Below are positions 51,331 through 64,000 of a stretch of 64,000 nt of DNA, in pieces. Location: contig CM022670.1 in the NCBI GenBank assembly GCA_012295275.1, positions 33,542,001 through 33,606,000 of the forward strand, read 5' to 3'. Source of the DNA: Chrysomallon squamiferum. Taxonomy: Eukaryota > Animalia > Mollusca. Within the stretch, counting starts at the first letter, position 1; the number at the start of each line of letters is the position of its first letter. The position numbers were made by a program, and so were the translations under genes. The notes under the pieces were generated by a model. The model was not told where the DNA came from and ran no database searches. It saw only the letters and a list, made by a program, of their open reading frames with translations.

Positions 51331-54300
51331 CTATAAGGAAAGTCATGATTGCTGCTGATTTGTATCTAGGTTTTGGTAAACGATAGCAATAGTATGGATA
51401 GTTTGGACTTAAACGATTGTGTCTGAGATGTGCTATGACTATGATGTGAATAATAATTCGTAATTTGTTAACGTGTATAACCACTCACCATGGTTAACAT
51501 TAGTCAAACTCACATTTGTAAAGTAAGCCGTGAATAGCTGGAATTTGTGCAGCCAATTTGTGAAGATCCATAAGTTTCATATTTATATTCTGCACCGATA
51601 GCCTTTACATGCTACTTAATGATGTAATGAACAGAAAGTTGAAGATTGGGTATCTTGTGCTGTGGGTTGTGTTCGTAGAACATAGGACTGACATTTTCAG
51701 GACTTTATCTAGCATTCAGCAAACGTGCATTTAACTCAGGACTGGTCGTTCATAATATTCACGATTCCTGTTAAAAATCTACACAAAATGCATATCCAAA
51801 TATTTATTGTATTATTGATATAATTCCAAAATGCCTCGTAATGAGGTTGTAAGTGCTCAGGAAAACCATTACCTCCACTGTCTTTTTGCTGATTATTAAT
51901 AATATTGTAAATTAAATATTTATTTCTGACGTAGTTTCAAACAGACTAATGTAAATGACTTACTGTAAGTTATATAGTTTCAACGTAATCTGATGCAATT
52001 TCAGATGAGATATATAAAAAAGATTATAACAGTCAAACATAGTAAAATGCTTTCCAATGTATTCCTTTGAAAAAAAAGAGTGTATATCATATGTACGTTA
52101 AAAGTTATGGTTCGTTAAAACCGATATTTAATACTGTAACATATGTTTAGTACAAAGCGAATACGCCACAGTTTGAATAACTGATAATAAGCAAGTTACT
52201 TGAACTCAGTTCACTTAAAGAAAAGCCCAGTCAGAAATCTATACAACAGTAAATTCCTTGATAATACTGAATGTTCCATATTACGACAACCAAAGTAAAA
52301 TAACAATTATGTGAACTTGTATTGTGGTGCATCATTCATAATTTATTGCTTATTCCATTATAATTTTTTAGTTTTTAAAGCTGGATAATAAGGATAAGAA
52401 AAGACGTGTTGTCACCCCTTTTATATAAATATTTCACCATATAGGGTGCTAATATTTAAAAATAATAATAAACGTAAAAAACAAGATGAAGAAGAGGCAT
52501 AGAAAAACAAATAATTAGGTGAACAAGATATCCATTTGTTTTTGACTCTGGTATAACGACTACCTCAATGTACATTATGTAAAACACTTAACATAATATT
52601 TATGAATGTTTGATACTTATACACATGTTACTCTGTTACAAAGTGCACTTAGATCGGGTATTGTGTGTTTAATAGATATTTACAATATGAATTTTATTTT
52701 CCTTACAGTCATGCATGTCTGTGGGTATTTTCTTCTTTTTTTTACTTCTTTTTTTCTTCTGTTAAAATCATGAATTGGAAAAGACCAAAATTAATTAACT
52801 TCTAAAGAAAAAAGTGCTATAAATAATCGGGTATTTATATATTTTAGATAAATTTATAAAAGTATTTGTGTTCTTTTATTCTGCAAGATGAACACCTCAG
52901 GATATTCCATACTATTACTGACAATGAAGACTTAAAGCTGTGCAACTTTAAGTGTAAAATTATGTTGCTGGGATTTTTTTTTTTTTTTTTTTTTTGTCTT
53001 ATCTTGGCTTTGTATTTATCCTGTTCAAAACAAAACGTGTACTTTAGTTTTCATTTCGAGGAGGATGATTTGGAAAAGTAATCACGGACTGATAGTAAAT
53101 TAATGTTTAGTTACTAACGGTTTATTTTCTGTATTCAGCGCTTGTTAGTGGTGACATTTGCAAGAGTGCTATTTTTATTTATATCGATCAGCAAGATAAA
53201 ATGGTTCAGGTTTTCTTTTCTTTTATTTATTTTGATTGTTTTTGTGGGGTTTTTTTTAATTATTATTATTTGTTTTATTTTATTAAAAACGGATGATTAC
53301 AGGTAGAGTACTGTTATTGACTCCGTTTTACGCAAAAGGTTAATGTCTTGTATGAACAAATAGCATATCTTTTAATACATTTTTGTTTTCTAAAATTCAA
53401 CAATTCCAAGAATAAAATAAAATAAAATAAAATAAAATAAATTTGTAATATTGTGATTCGAAGGCGATAAAGTATTAGATGAAGTTTAATAAAGTTAATT
53501 TTAAATAATTTATCATTTTTAATTTGTTTTATTCATTGTCTGTTTGTTGTTTTGAATCAGGCTTATAATATTATTTTAGAATTATTTTTAACTTTCAGAA
53601 ATTCTCACCTCGTAATCAGGGTTATACAATTAATTTTAAATTACGTTTTTTTTAATTATTATTGTTGATGAGGTGACTTTTTGTCATTTATTTTTTTGTT
53701 TTTTTGTTTAATTTATCATTTTCATTGTTAGATTACAACTCAGATTTTGTGGATTTTAGTTCGGTTTTAAAAAATTAATCACTACTAATTTAGACGTATT
53801 TAAATGTAAATTTATATTTCTTAAATGTTGAAATTTAAGAAATGATTTCATTTTTTTTTTCAATTTTTTTTGGTTCTGTTTCTGATAATGATACAGAATT
53901 TATTTTACATTTCTTCACTAGAAACAATGACTGAAAATGTAATTTTTATTACTATTACGTTTTTTTTTTTTACTTACGTTTGTTTTCTTGTTGTTTTATT
54001 GTCAACACATGCTTAAACAATTTTATCTAGTGCTTGTTAACAAGTGAGGTATTCTTACATTTTGTTGCCTGTTAATTAGTCTTGTATATTAATTACTGCT
54101 TTCTTTTATATTAACAAACCGTACTATTTACCATGTTTGTATTTAACTTGTTCATATGTAAACGGAGACCATGTTAATTACCTCTTTTTTTTTTTTTTTA
54201 ATAATTTTTATAAAACTGAAATAGTGCTTAAATCGATTGCTCTTTTTTTTCTCTACTTTAAAAAAAAAAAAAAAAAAATTATAATTTTGATTGGCTATTG

Positions 54301-57033
54301 TTGTTTTATGAGTATTTTGTATTATTATTTACCGATCTGTTTCAACTTCACTGTTGTGATAAGTGAAACAGTTGGAAGCCCCTGGCAAATTGGTGCATTG
54401 TAACGTTTTATTGAAACGACTCCTGTCTTCTTCAGATGGTTTTTACCTTCTGGCAGGCAGAGGCATAAAATTCAGTCACTCGTACTCTGGTGAAAATATT
54501 TTATATTTTGAGTAATTAATTTGTGTTCACAAATCAATACCTCATCCCAGCTGAAAATGTACAAGATTTTTTGAAATGTTTTTAATCATCCCTGAATTCA
54601 TTTAAGATATTAAAAGAGTTTAAGGAAAGGAAATACATTTCCTTATTTATGTAAGGGTATTTTTTGTAAAGTTTCAGCAAATGAATGTAATGCGAAATTT
54701 TTATTTAACCAAAAACAGGTGTAATACGAAATATAGTTCATTATTTTTGTATTTGTATTCAAGTTCTAAAATGTCAACTTTAAATTGATTTTTTCATTTT
54801 TTATTATTATTATTTAATTTTAAATTGTTAAAATGTTAAATTATGCTCTGTGGAATTAGATTATATTTATGACACACAAAGTATAATTTTTTTTATATCA
54901 GATTGTTTGATAAAGACTGTTTGTTAATACACTGTAGTTAATAATCTTTTTATTAAGTGAAGAAGCAAAGAAACCGATTAGTTTTACGTTACTGGTGATT
55001 TTTTTACCTTTTGTTTTTTATATACTTAAAAAAATCTGACCTCATGTTAATGTTTCATGATTATTTGTTATGCGAATATTTGGTGACGTGTCTTGTTTAG
55101 CTATTATAGATTTTGTAATATTAATTTTTTAGTGATACGCAAATGTCAGATCGATTTGAAACTAAGAACTTATTCACATGTTGAACCATCCATGCAGCTT
55201 TGGATCAGTAAACATTATGAATATTGCATAAACATTACTACATTTTTATGGATAACTAAAAAATAATAATAACAAAGATGTTGATGATGATAAAATAAAC
55301 AGTAAAAAAAAAAAAAAAAATAATAAAAATAATAAAATAAAAAATAGAGAAAAATATATATATATATATATATATATATACTTAAAACCGTCTGGCTCTA
55401 ACCCCATCGATATATATTTCTATGTATTAAATAATTAAAGATCATCGTTGGTTGCTACAGAGGATATGTTCTTGAATTTCGTTTAATAATGTATTATCAG
55501 TATCACACTAAAAACACGAGTAGTAAGTTGTGAAAGATTAATGAAAAGGTTGCATCAATAAATTTGTAATAAGTCTACGTTTTTCTGGTTTGGAAAAATT
55601 CAGATATTTTTACGAAGATATTTCTAATTTTGGAAAATATCTGTGTCTGAATAATCTAAACAGAAGCAAAATATTAATCTTGTTTATTGGCGATTCCGAT
55701 TTCAAATTAAGTGAAAAATTGGGCCTTTTGTTTATAAATGTAATAATAATGGAGGATGTTATTTTTTTATTTTTTTTTTTTTATTTTTTTTGTGTGCATC
55801 TGCTGGTTGTAATTTGCTTACTCACATTAATTTAATTATGTTAAAAATATATTTCACCCTTTATTTATGTACTGGTTGTCATAAATTGCTGGTTAACATT
55901 TACTGAAATTAGTTTTTAAAATAACAGTTTTATCCCCTTTATTTTCCATAATATTATTACTTGTATTTCCTAACAACTAAAACATATTTGGTCAAAAAAT
56001 ATGATTTCTTGTTACTCAAACAGACTGTGTATATGCATGCTTCGCCATTTTATAGAAATTTGTAAATATCCGTGTGTATGATGTATATCTCGTAGGTTTG
56101 TAGTAGCTGTTTCATATTTTGTGCTTGTGACTTGCATATCTGCTATCGGATCTTATATATATATAAAAAGTATATGTAATAAATTAATGTAGTAGAAATG
56201 ATTAAATGTATTCTGAAGATTAACCAAATAGATGCGCATTACTGTTACCATATTACCGACCAAGGCTACCAGTGTTATGATTCATATACACCAGTCTATT
56301 TTAATCCATTAATCTAGAAAAGAATGAGTGGTTTTGCGAACCAAAGTAATTTTATACTCATGTTGGTGTACATAGTGCAAACACATATACACAAACACCA
56401 ACAAAAACAAAAGGGTAATGCTGTTTCCTTGTCTAACAGCTTAAAGCATTTGCACGAAAATTACTCGGTTAATCAGCTTTCATTTTATATCATTTGTTAT
56501 AATTTCGTAATTGTTTCCGAGTAAACTTAAAGCACTTGAAACTATTCATTTCGATACAAAACATTATGGATTAGCTTTCGTTAAAATGATTTTTTTGTCT
56601 GAATATTAATTGAAAGATTAAGGCTAAAACATTTTTTTTTTTTTTTTTTTTTAAAAGATAATATATAATGAATGAATTTTATTTAATTTATTTTGAAGTG
56701 TTTTTTTCTTTAACTAAACCAGACATTTTTTTCTTCTTCACATTATTGTAATTTTCGCATATATTTTATAGTGCATAAATGTATATCGATTATTCATTGC
56801 TTTGTATATTAACCACGCGTATTTGTTTTTCCCCTATAAGCTTTGTCTATATTTTAATACTGTTAGCTGATTTTTATCATCTGTATTCATTTTGTTTTTT
56901 TTTTTACATCCATCATTAAGGAGATATTTTACTTTTATATTTAATTACGTACTTAAACAACAAAATATACTTTATGTATTGATATCAGTTTGCCAATTTC
57001 TAATTCATGTTTAACGTATTTTATTTACCAATA

Positions 57034-57127
<94 letters not shown>

Positions 57128-59644
57128 GCTTTGTTGGTATTGCATTTTATTTGTAGTTAAGTTGTTTTATCTGCTTTACAGTGGCTAACGATAACTCTTA
57201 CAAAATGTAGCCTTTGCAAATCCTTGTTAGCTATGAGTTTATATATATATACATGTTTGTTTCTGAACCTGTGTGTTTACTTATTCGGGTATGTCAGCAG
57301 TGCTGGTAAACTGGTAAAGGTATTTATCTTTCTGTGTTGTCATCATATGGAGATAGATTTCCTAACTCCACTTATTGCATTTTTTTTTTTTTTTTTACAT
57401 TTCTTTTTTTTAATTATTACATTTGTAAAAGACTCATTCGTGATGATGGTTATGTTTGAAATGTTGATGTGTGTAAATATTATCATCCACAGGTCTTTAT
57501 CAATCAGGGACGATATCGTGTTTTATCTACCTCGACATACCGTAATATCTCATCTACCTGCTTCTACTATCATCGTCGCAAATAAACTATTTTTGTCGTC
57601 AATATCAATGCTTTTTGTTTTTATTTTCTGAGTACATATAGGTAACAGACGTATTATATATATACGTGCGTACGTACAAACATACATACATCAATACGTA
57701 TATGCATACGAGCATATAAAACGCACATAAATACACATACAGGGATAGAATTCAATTATCGCGGTCGTTAATACACGCACACACACACATACGTACACAC
57801 ATTCACATACAGAAATAGAAAATGATTATTTTGGTTGTCATCAGCATAAATGTCAGATTAGTTTTTTTTTGTAAAATTGTAAATTAGCTGATTGTGACAA
57901 ACAACTCGTGTTACAGTCGGCTATAAATAATCTTCGTATTGATGCCTCGTCATTCTGTTCACTGACGCAAGATCCAGACTCACACTGACGTAGAGCGTGA
58001 GTTTCTGGCACAGACTGATGTAACAGAGATTGATTTATCACACAACACAAATAAAACAGCTCATTGATTTTTATTCATAGCTTTTGTGTAATGTATTAAC
58101 AATGTTAACTGAATTAGTCGAACTCTGTTATTTATTTAAGTCCTACAGATTGCAAGTTATTAATTAAACTGTTATTTCGGAATGTTTTAAAATTATATAT
58201 ACTTCTCGTAAAAAATAAAACTTTATTATATTTTAAAATGTGTTTCTTAAGAGGACAGTTATTACGGAACAATCGAAACAGTACAAAGTCAAACATATAA
58301 AAATTAAATTTCACGAAATACCGCGTTGTGGAGCATTTTTTAATATATGAAATATTATAACTGTTCTTTCATGGCTACAGTTTTGATTTCTGTTTAAATC
58401 ATGAAACGCTTTATTAATTATGTCCAGTTTTATTTTGGACTGTCCATCTTTGTAAGTATGCAGCTACATACTCCGCTTAAAGTTAATTTTAACAGGGGGG
58501 GGTCCAACAGTTTCCAGTCTTGTTAAACTGTAATTAAATTTCTTACATATTTGAGAAAAATACATATTTCCCATTCTATCAGAGCTCAGTACGTCTGTGA
58601 GCCAAGCATATGCATATGCCTTTCCCATCATTATTATAATATATTAGAATGTATTATATGAATATCAGACAAAACACTATTTTATTTACTGTAAAAGTAA
58701 CACACAATACAATTTTATGAAGGCTCAGTCATCATGGATCATTTTGTAAACATGATTGACTGAGTATTAATAAATAAATAAATATATATAATAAAATTTA
58801 AAACTCTTACTAGCACCATTACTGCTTAAGCGACTCTGCCATCACTATTACTACTACGATTACAACTGCTACTTTAACTACTACTTCCACCATAACGACT
58901 ACTGTCAGCAACGTTTGTCACAACCACTAGTAATTATTATCGTGCTACTACCACTACTACTACTACTACAATTCCTTCTGCAACAGCTACTATTACGATT
59001 ACTACAGCATCCGCTACAGTTACTGCAATAACTAGGAGTACTAACACTACTACTGCTACTACTACTACTACGAATAAAAATAAATAAAATAAAATAAAAT
59101 AAAATAAATAAATAAATACTCTTCTATTTTTGAACAATGTAAAGAAATGCAAATTTGTTTTAGCAAAATTTTTTAAATCTTACCATCTGTAGAATTTTAT
59201 CTATTAAACAATATCAATAATTAATAATTAATAATAATATTAAATAAAATTAATAATAATAATGATAATGATAATAACAATAATAATAAAAAGCTATAAA
59301 GCACTCCTTCATAAATTAAGTGTACATCAAAATACAGCTTTACACATAAAGTTTTATGACTTGTTAATCTTATTGTCACTGTTACCACATGTAACGGAAG
59401 TTTATATTTCCTTCAAGCAAAATTACTCATGTACTTTTCTGTGTTAATATATAAAAATAGTTTTGCCTGCAGCTAAAAGTAGTCACAGTTATATATATGT
59501 GTGTGTGTGTGTGTGTGTAAAACGTACAGTCCAATTGAAAAGTGGCTTAATCTCCAATTAAAACGTAAAATGCTGCTCTTATGTATATGTATATATAATT
59601 TTTGTTATTGTTATATTTAATTATTAACCAAGATTTGTTATTTA

Positions 59645-59706
<62 letters not shown>

Positions 59707-60768
59707 TAACAACAACAACAACAAATCAATGGAATTGAAAAGATGATCAATTCACTGTGTGGTATTTCTTTAGCATTTGTTAGAATAATTTGACATTTAG
59801 CTGGTTTCCAGCTAATATTGATTTTTTAGTCTACATTTTGTAAATCTTTTCTTTGCGGAAACTTTCAAGTGAAAAACTAACATATGAAATACATATTCTT
59901 TGTGCTGAATGTAACATTACAAAAATGTTCTTAGATAATAAAATATTTAACGTCAGGAAGTTAGTTATTTCTTCACTGCTTCCAATCAGTTTGTCACTGT
60001 TAAAAAACACAACACAGATCAAAGATTTCAGAAAAGGTAACAGACGGCGCATTGTGATTAATACAAAATTAATTTCAGTAGAAAGAAAAAACTAAACGAA
60101 AAAGAAATCCCGATGGTCGACAAAAATTATTAAATAAATAAAAAAATAAACAAACAAATAAATAAATAAGTGAATAAATAAATAAATAAATTAATTAAAT
60201 AAATAACAAACAAATAGTAGAAGTAACAGCAACAGCAGCAACAAAAGCAATAGCAGTAATAGTAGTAGTTTAATAATAATAATTCATATTTCTAATATTG
60301 TATGAGTTAAAAAAAGAAAATCTTGGCCTTAAAGCACAACTGAGCATTGTTTATTTTATTTACATATTTTATTTTATTACAACCTAGTAACATTTAAAGT
60401 ATCAACTACAACTCCCAAATAACACAGCCTTTAGTGCTCAGTCACTGTAGGTTTTTTGATTTCATTAATTATTAATATATTTTGTCTTTTCTTTTCTTAC
60501 CTGAAACATTTAAATAGTTCTCTTAATTAAAACAAAATAATCTATATTATCTTGTGAATAATTTTCAATTTAAATAAATGTTCTTTTATTTTTTTTCTGG
60601 CAAGAATATAAATTCAGTTATTCTTTATAAAGAATATATTAGCATATAGAATTATATACAAGAAATACATGAATCTGAAAAAATAAATTATCAGAAATTC
60701 TTAATTAAAATTAAATTCATTAAGAAATATTTCATAATAAAATTATTTACACTAGTTCCCTCCCTATA

Positions 60769-61106
60769 CAGGCAATATCCTTCTACCGTGTAAATCTTTT
60801 AAACATTTGTCAACTTTATCCGAAATACCTGGAACCGCAAATGTTTAAATTTTTTAGAATAAAAACAGATAACAGAGAATAGAAACCAAGTCTAAAACGT
60901 CCACTCACATTTCATATACAACTTACACAAAGCTTCGGCAGGATTTTTTTTTATTTTTTTTTTTTTTTTTTTTTGCATAATGATTTATTTTTAGTATTTT
61001 TGTGTATCCGAAAACGGTATGATATCACTATTTTTAGTGCTCGGAAAAAGTTTGGGATTTCGGAGTTTTTCGGATTTCGGAATTTTGGATAAGGGATCTT
61101 CAGCTT
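60769..61106. mobile_element. relic of a pogo/Tigger-like non-autonomous DNA transposon
   Basis: Left part ta|CAGG..TATCC..TTATCCGAAATACCTGGAACC and right end GGATTTCGGAGTTTTTCGGATTTCGGAATTTTGGATAAGGGAT form imperfect inverted repeats with reiterated TCCGAAA; resembles Tigger4/MER46-type ends from memory. Confidence 0.45.
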
Positions 61107-61920
61107 CAGAGTACACTGGGTAATTGTCGGTGGCTTTAAACGATTCAGCTTGCTTAGTTAGGTTATTAATGCTAAAATCAGCCAGTAGCAGCTTTGGCTA
61201 ATATGCTTTAATAATGTTTAATTTTAATTTTGAAATATAAAATTAAAAAAATTCTTTGTGTTTCTACTGTATGAAAATCTCTTTGTTACTTCAAAATTAT
61301 TAACCGGGCAAAAAAAAAAAAAAAAACCGCTTACGAGATGCGATAATCGACCCAGTATTAGATTTTCAGTAATTGTCTCCCTTGCTTGGCGTCTCTGTTT
61401 CTATAAAAATTATGTCAAAGAAAAATAATCAAAGTTGAAAGTCTCTAATTTTATTTTGTTTTGTGTTTTGTTTTCCTTTGTTTTGTTTGTTTGTTAAATT
61501 ATTATTTTGATTATTATTTGGAAAGAATTTTTTTTTTTTAAAGTAAATTATAAAAAAAAGTACAGAACAAGATAACAAAAAACAACAAAACGAAAAATAT
61601 TAACTTTGTCAGAATAATGAAATGTTAATGTTTATTTATCAGATCAGCGATGAAAAAGGAAAGGAAAATGTAAACAAATGCAGTGAAACGGAACCGGTTT
61701 GTTTTCGTTTTCAAATAATTATTATTTATTTTCTGATGTCATACAGTATGATGTGATCTTTTCAACTTTATGGGTCGTTTTCACAGTATAAGCTGCTGTC
61801 GTTTGTAATTGCTTTTAAAATACCACGAAAGATCATAATCGTCTATGAGAGAATTTTGTAAAATTGTTTTTCTTTTTTAAATTGCAATGAAAACTAAAGA
61901 TGTCAGAGGCAGGAAAATTA

Positions 61921-62050
61921 ATGTATGTATTTATGTATGTATGTATGTATGTATGTATGTATGTATGTATGTATGTATGTATGTATGTATGTATGTATGT
62001 ATGTATGTATGTATGTATGTATGTATGTATGTATGTATGTATGTATGTAT
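61921..62050. repeat. (ATGT)n microsatellite
   Basis: Direct reading. Related CATA/TATG tracts at about 15590-15650, 17193-17360, 21075-21390, 22232-22472, 32385-32590 and 34830-34970. Confidence 0.97.
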
Positions 62051-62359
62051 TTACGTACGTACTGATCAAAAACAAAAGAAAATAACACTTTATAGGTTTT
62101 TAAAATCTCTGTGATAATTAGTCGGAACACTTTGACAGAAAAATAACTTGTTAGCTTTGAATCATCGAATAAACAAATCGTCAAGTAGAACGTTTTGTTG
62201 TTACGAAAAAAAAATAAAAAAAATACGCCCTGCTAATGACTAAAACCGTGCCTATGTTTGTATGTACACTCATAATGTAAATTCGGGTAAATATGTAATG
62301 TGTGACTACGTTAAAGTCAGGGATGTCTGTTTTCTCTTTATTTGAAGAATCACTTCAAC

Positions 62360-62960
62360 GAATGTAAACGCGCGCCAATCTTTGATGATTTCTGGAACAA
62401 CCACGCTACCATTTACTGCCGTGGGATTTCAAGACTATCAGCTTGCAGCCTAACTCCCACTCCACCCAGCCCTTCTTTCAGAACTAGCGTGTAGTACCTC
62501 AGTTAGTTTCAGCTTTCCGCTCAATTGGAGACACTCGAATAAAAAAAAAAATGTTTTGAATATTTTGTTTGACTGCCGGCGACTGCAAGACACCTCGCGT
62601 CACTGGAGACAGGGCCGGGTGTCATTCGCACACGCCCAAATCAAAGCAACCGTCACCCCGTGCCGTGATACCATCTGTGGTCAAAAAGGCGAGATTTACG
62701 CTTTCAGGTAGGTAATGAGTGTTCGAAACACCTTTTGTCTGGGCTGTTTGATATGATCTCTGCTTGTTGACGGTTTGCCAAAGGGTTGTAAGGTCACGTT
62801 GAAAAAACGCCAGAAATGTGCACCGCGTGTACAAGTCCCGACAGATAAGCGATCACTCTGCACCCGGGAAAGCGCTACCCTAATTATATTCCGCGTGCTC
62901 AGGCCAAGTGAGTGGAACGATTAGCTTCGTTTTGTTCGCTCGCGTAGGCGAGAAGGTTCG
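62360..62960. promoter_or_regulatory. CpG-rich promoter-like island, possibly the 5' end of the next gene
   Basis: High CpG density; GCGCGCCAAT near 62370; + strand donor-like sites caggtaggtaa (about 62706) and caagtgagt (about 62905); no coding homology seen. Confidence 0.35.
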
Positions 62961-63154
62961 AAAACACTTAATTAAATAACAGAGATAAACGCTGTTTCTT
63001 TCTTTCCCGTTTTGTTATTTTTACATAACCTTTTTTATGATCACTTAACTCTGCGCTGTCATACGCTGTTCAACAATAAGCTTACTGTTCAAATTTTTCT
63101 CTTATCTTACAAGTATCAGATATTAACCGTTTACCGCAGGCAGTTTGTGTTAGT

Positions 63155-63221
63155 ATATGTGTATGTGTGTGGGTGTGGGTGTATGTATGTATGTATGTAT
63201 GCATGTGTGAATGTATGTGTG

Positions 63222-63253
<32 letters not shown>

Positions 63254-63555
63254 TGTGTATGTATGTATGTTTGTATGTTTGTATGTTTGTATGTTTGTAT
63301 GTATGTATGTGTATGTATGTATGTATGTATGTATGTGTATATGTATGTATGTATGTGTGTATGTGTGTATGTATGTATGTATGTGTGTGTGTGTATGTAT
63401 GTATGTATGTATGTATGTATGTATGTGTGTATATGTATGTATGTTTGTATGTGTGTGTATGTATATATGTATGTATATGTATCTATCTATTTATCTACTA
63501 TTTATCTGTCTATCTGTCTGTCTGTCTATCTGTCTGTCTGTCTCTCTATCTGTAT
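63155..63555. repeat. compound (GTAT)/(GT)/(CTGT) microsatellite
   Basis: Direct reading; explains the MYVC-type ORFs. Confidence 0.95.
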
Positions 63556-64000
63556 GACTGCATAAACGGGTATGTCTTCCAAACAGAAATTACTAGCACG
63601 AATTAGCTTACTGAGACACAGTATCATACTTATTAAGATCATGAAGATCAAAAAAAAAAAATAATAATAATAATAATAAAAGGAAAAAAAAATTAGTTAC
63701 AAAAACCACCCAACAAAAACAACAACAAATACAACCTGCATAAACACCTCAGAATATTAATTTGTAATCTTATTTAGGTTACCCATGTCTGTTATCAAAT
63801 ATCAGAGACGTTACAAGACAGATCAAGCACTGTAGCGAAAACAGTGATTATGAAGAGAAGGAAATGATGCACGGTAAGAGGACTGCCACACATCAGTGAA
63901 AACGTCCTTGCTACATTTGTTTCTTCTTTTTCTAAAATACGTGTTTTTCTTTATTTATTCTTTTAGTTAAATACCGAGAGGTAAATGAATGAACGGTACG

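Noticed and set aside
49744-51484. Antisense and alternative-frame ORFs overlapping the bZIP exon
   Set aside because: Expected shadows of a GC-richer coding exon; no recognisable motifs.
63012-63606. MYVC/HTYI/LSLS/IIII-type ORFs here and throughout the window
   Set aside because: Translations of TATG, CATA, CT and ATT microsatellites.

Overview
AT-rich, microsatellite-dense animal genomic DNA, probably a gastropod mollusc (inferred from a decayed Nin/Deu-type SINE and the repeat content). Two + strand genes can be built by hand. (1) The 3' part of a PDE10-family cyclic-nucleotide phosphodiesterase (2245-16652; GAF-B, catalytic domain and stop). It has 13 phase-consistent exon positions, one of which is a pair of duplicated 112-nt mutually exclusive exons (12353-12464 and 13995-14106) that swap active-site pocket residues. 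The pair is flanked by two crossing RNA helices and a TGCATG cluster. The same enzyme has Glu at the otherwise invariant purine-binding Gln, and there are candidate extra cassette/micro-exons. (2) An NFIL3/E4BP4/vrille-like gene (coding exons 41055-41140 and 49674-51330, about 580 aa) with two complete bZIP domains, uORFs, and upstream GC-richer islands carrying E-boxes, D-box/E4BP4 sites, a CRE and a perfect AGGTCA IR0 palindrome. Nearly all other ORF-track entries are microsatellite artefacts. All alignments were made by eye against remembered reference sequences; no searches or folding programs were run.
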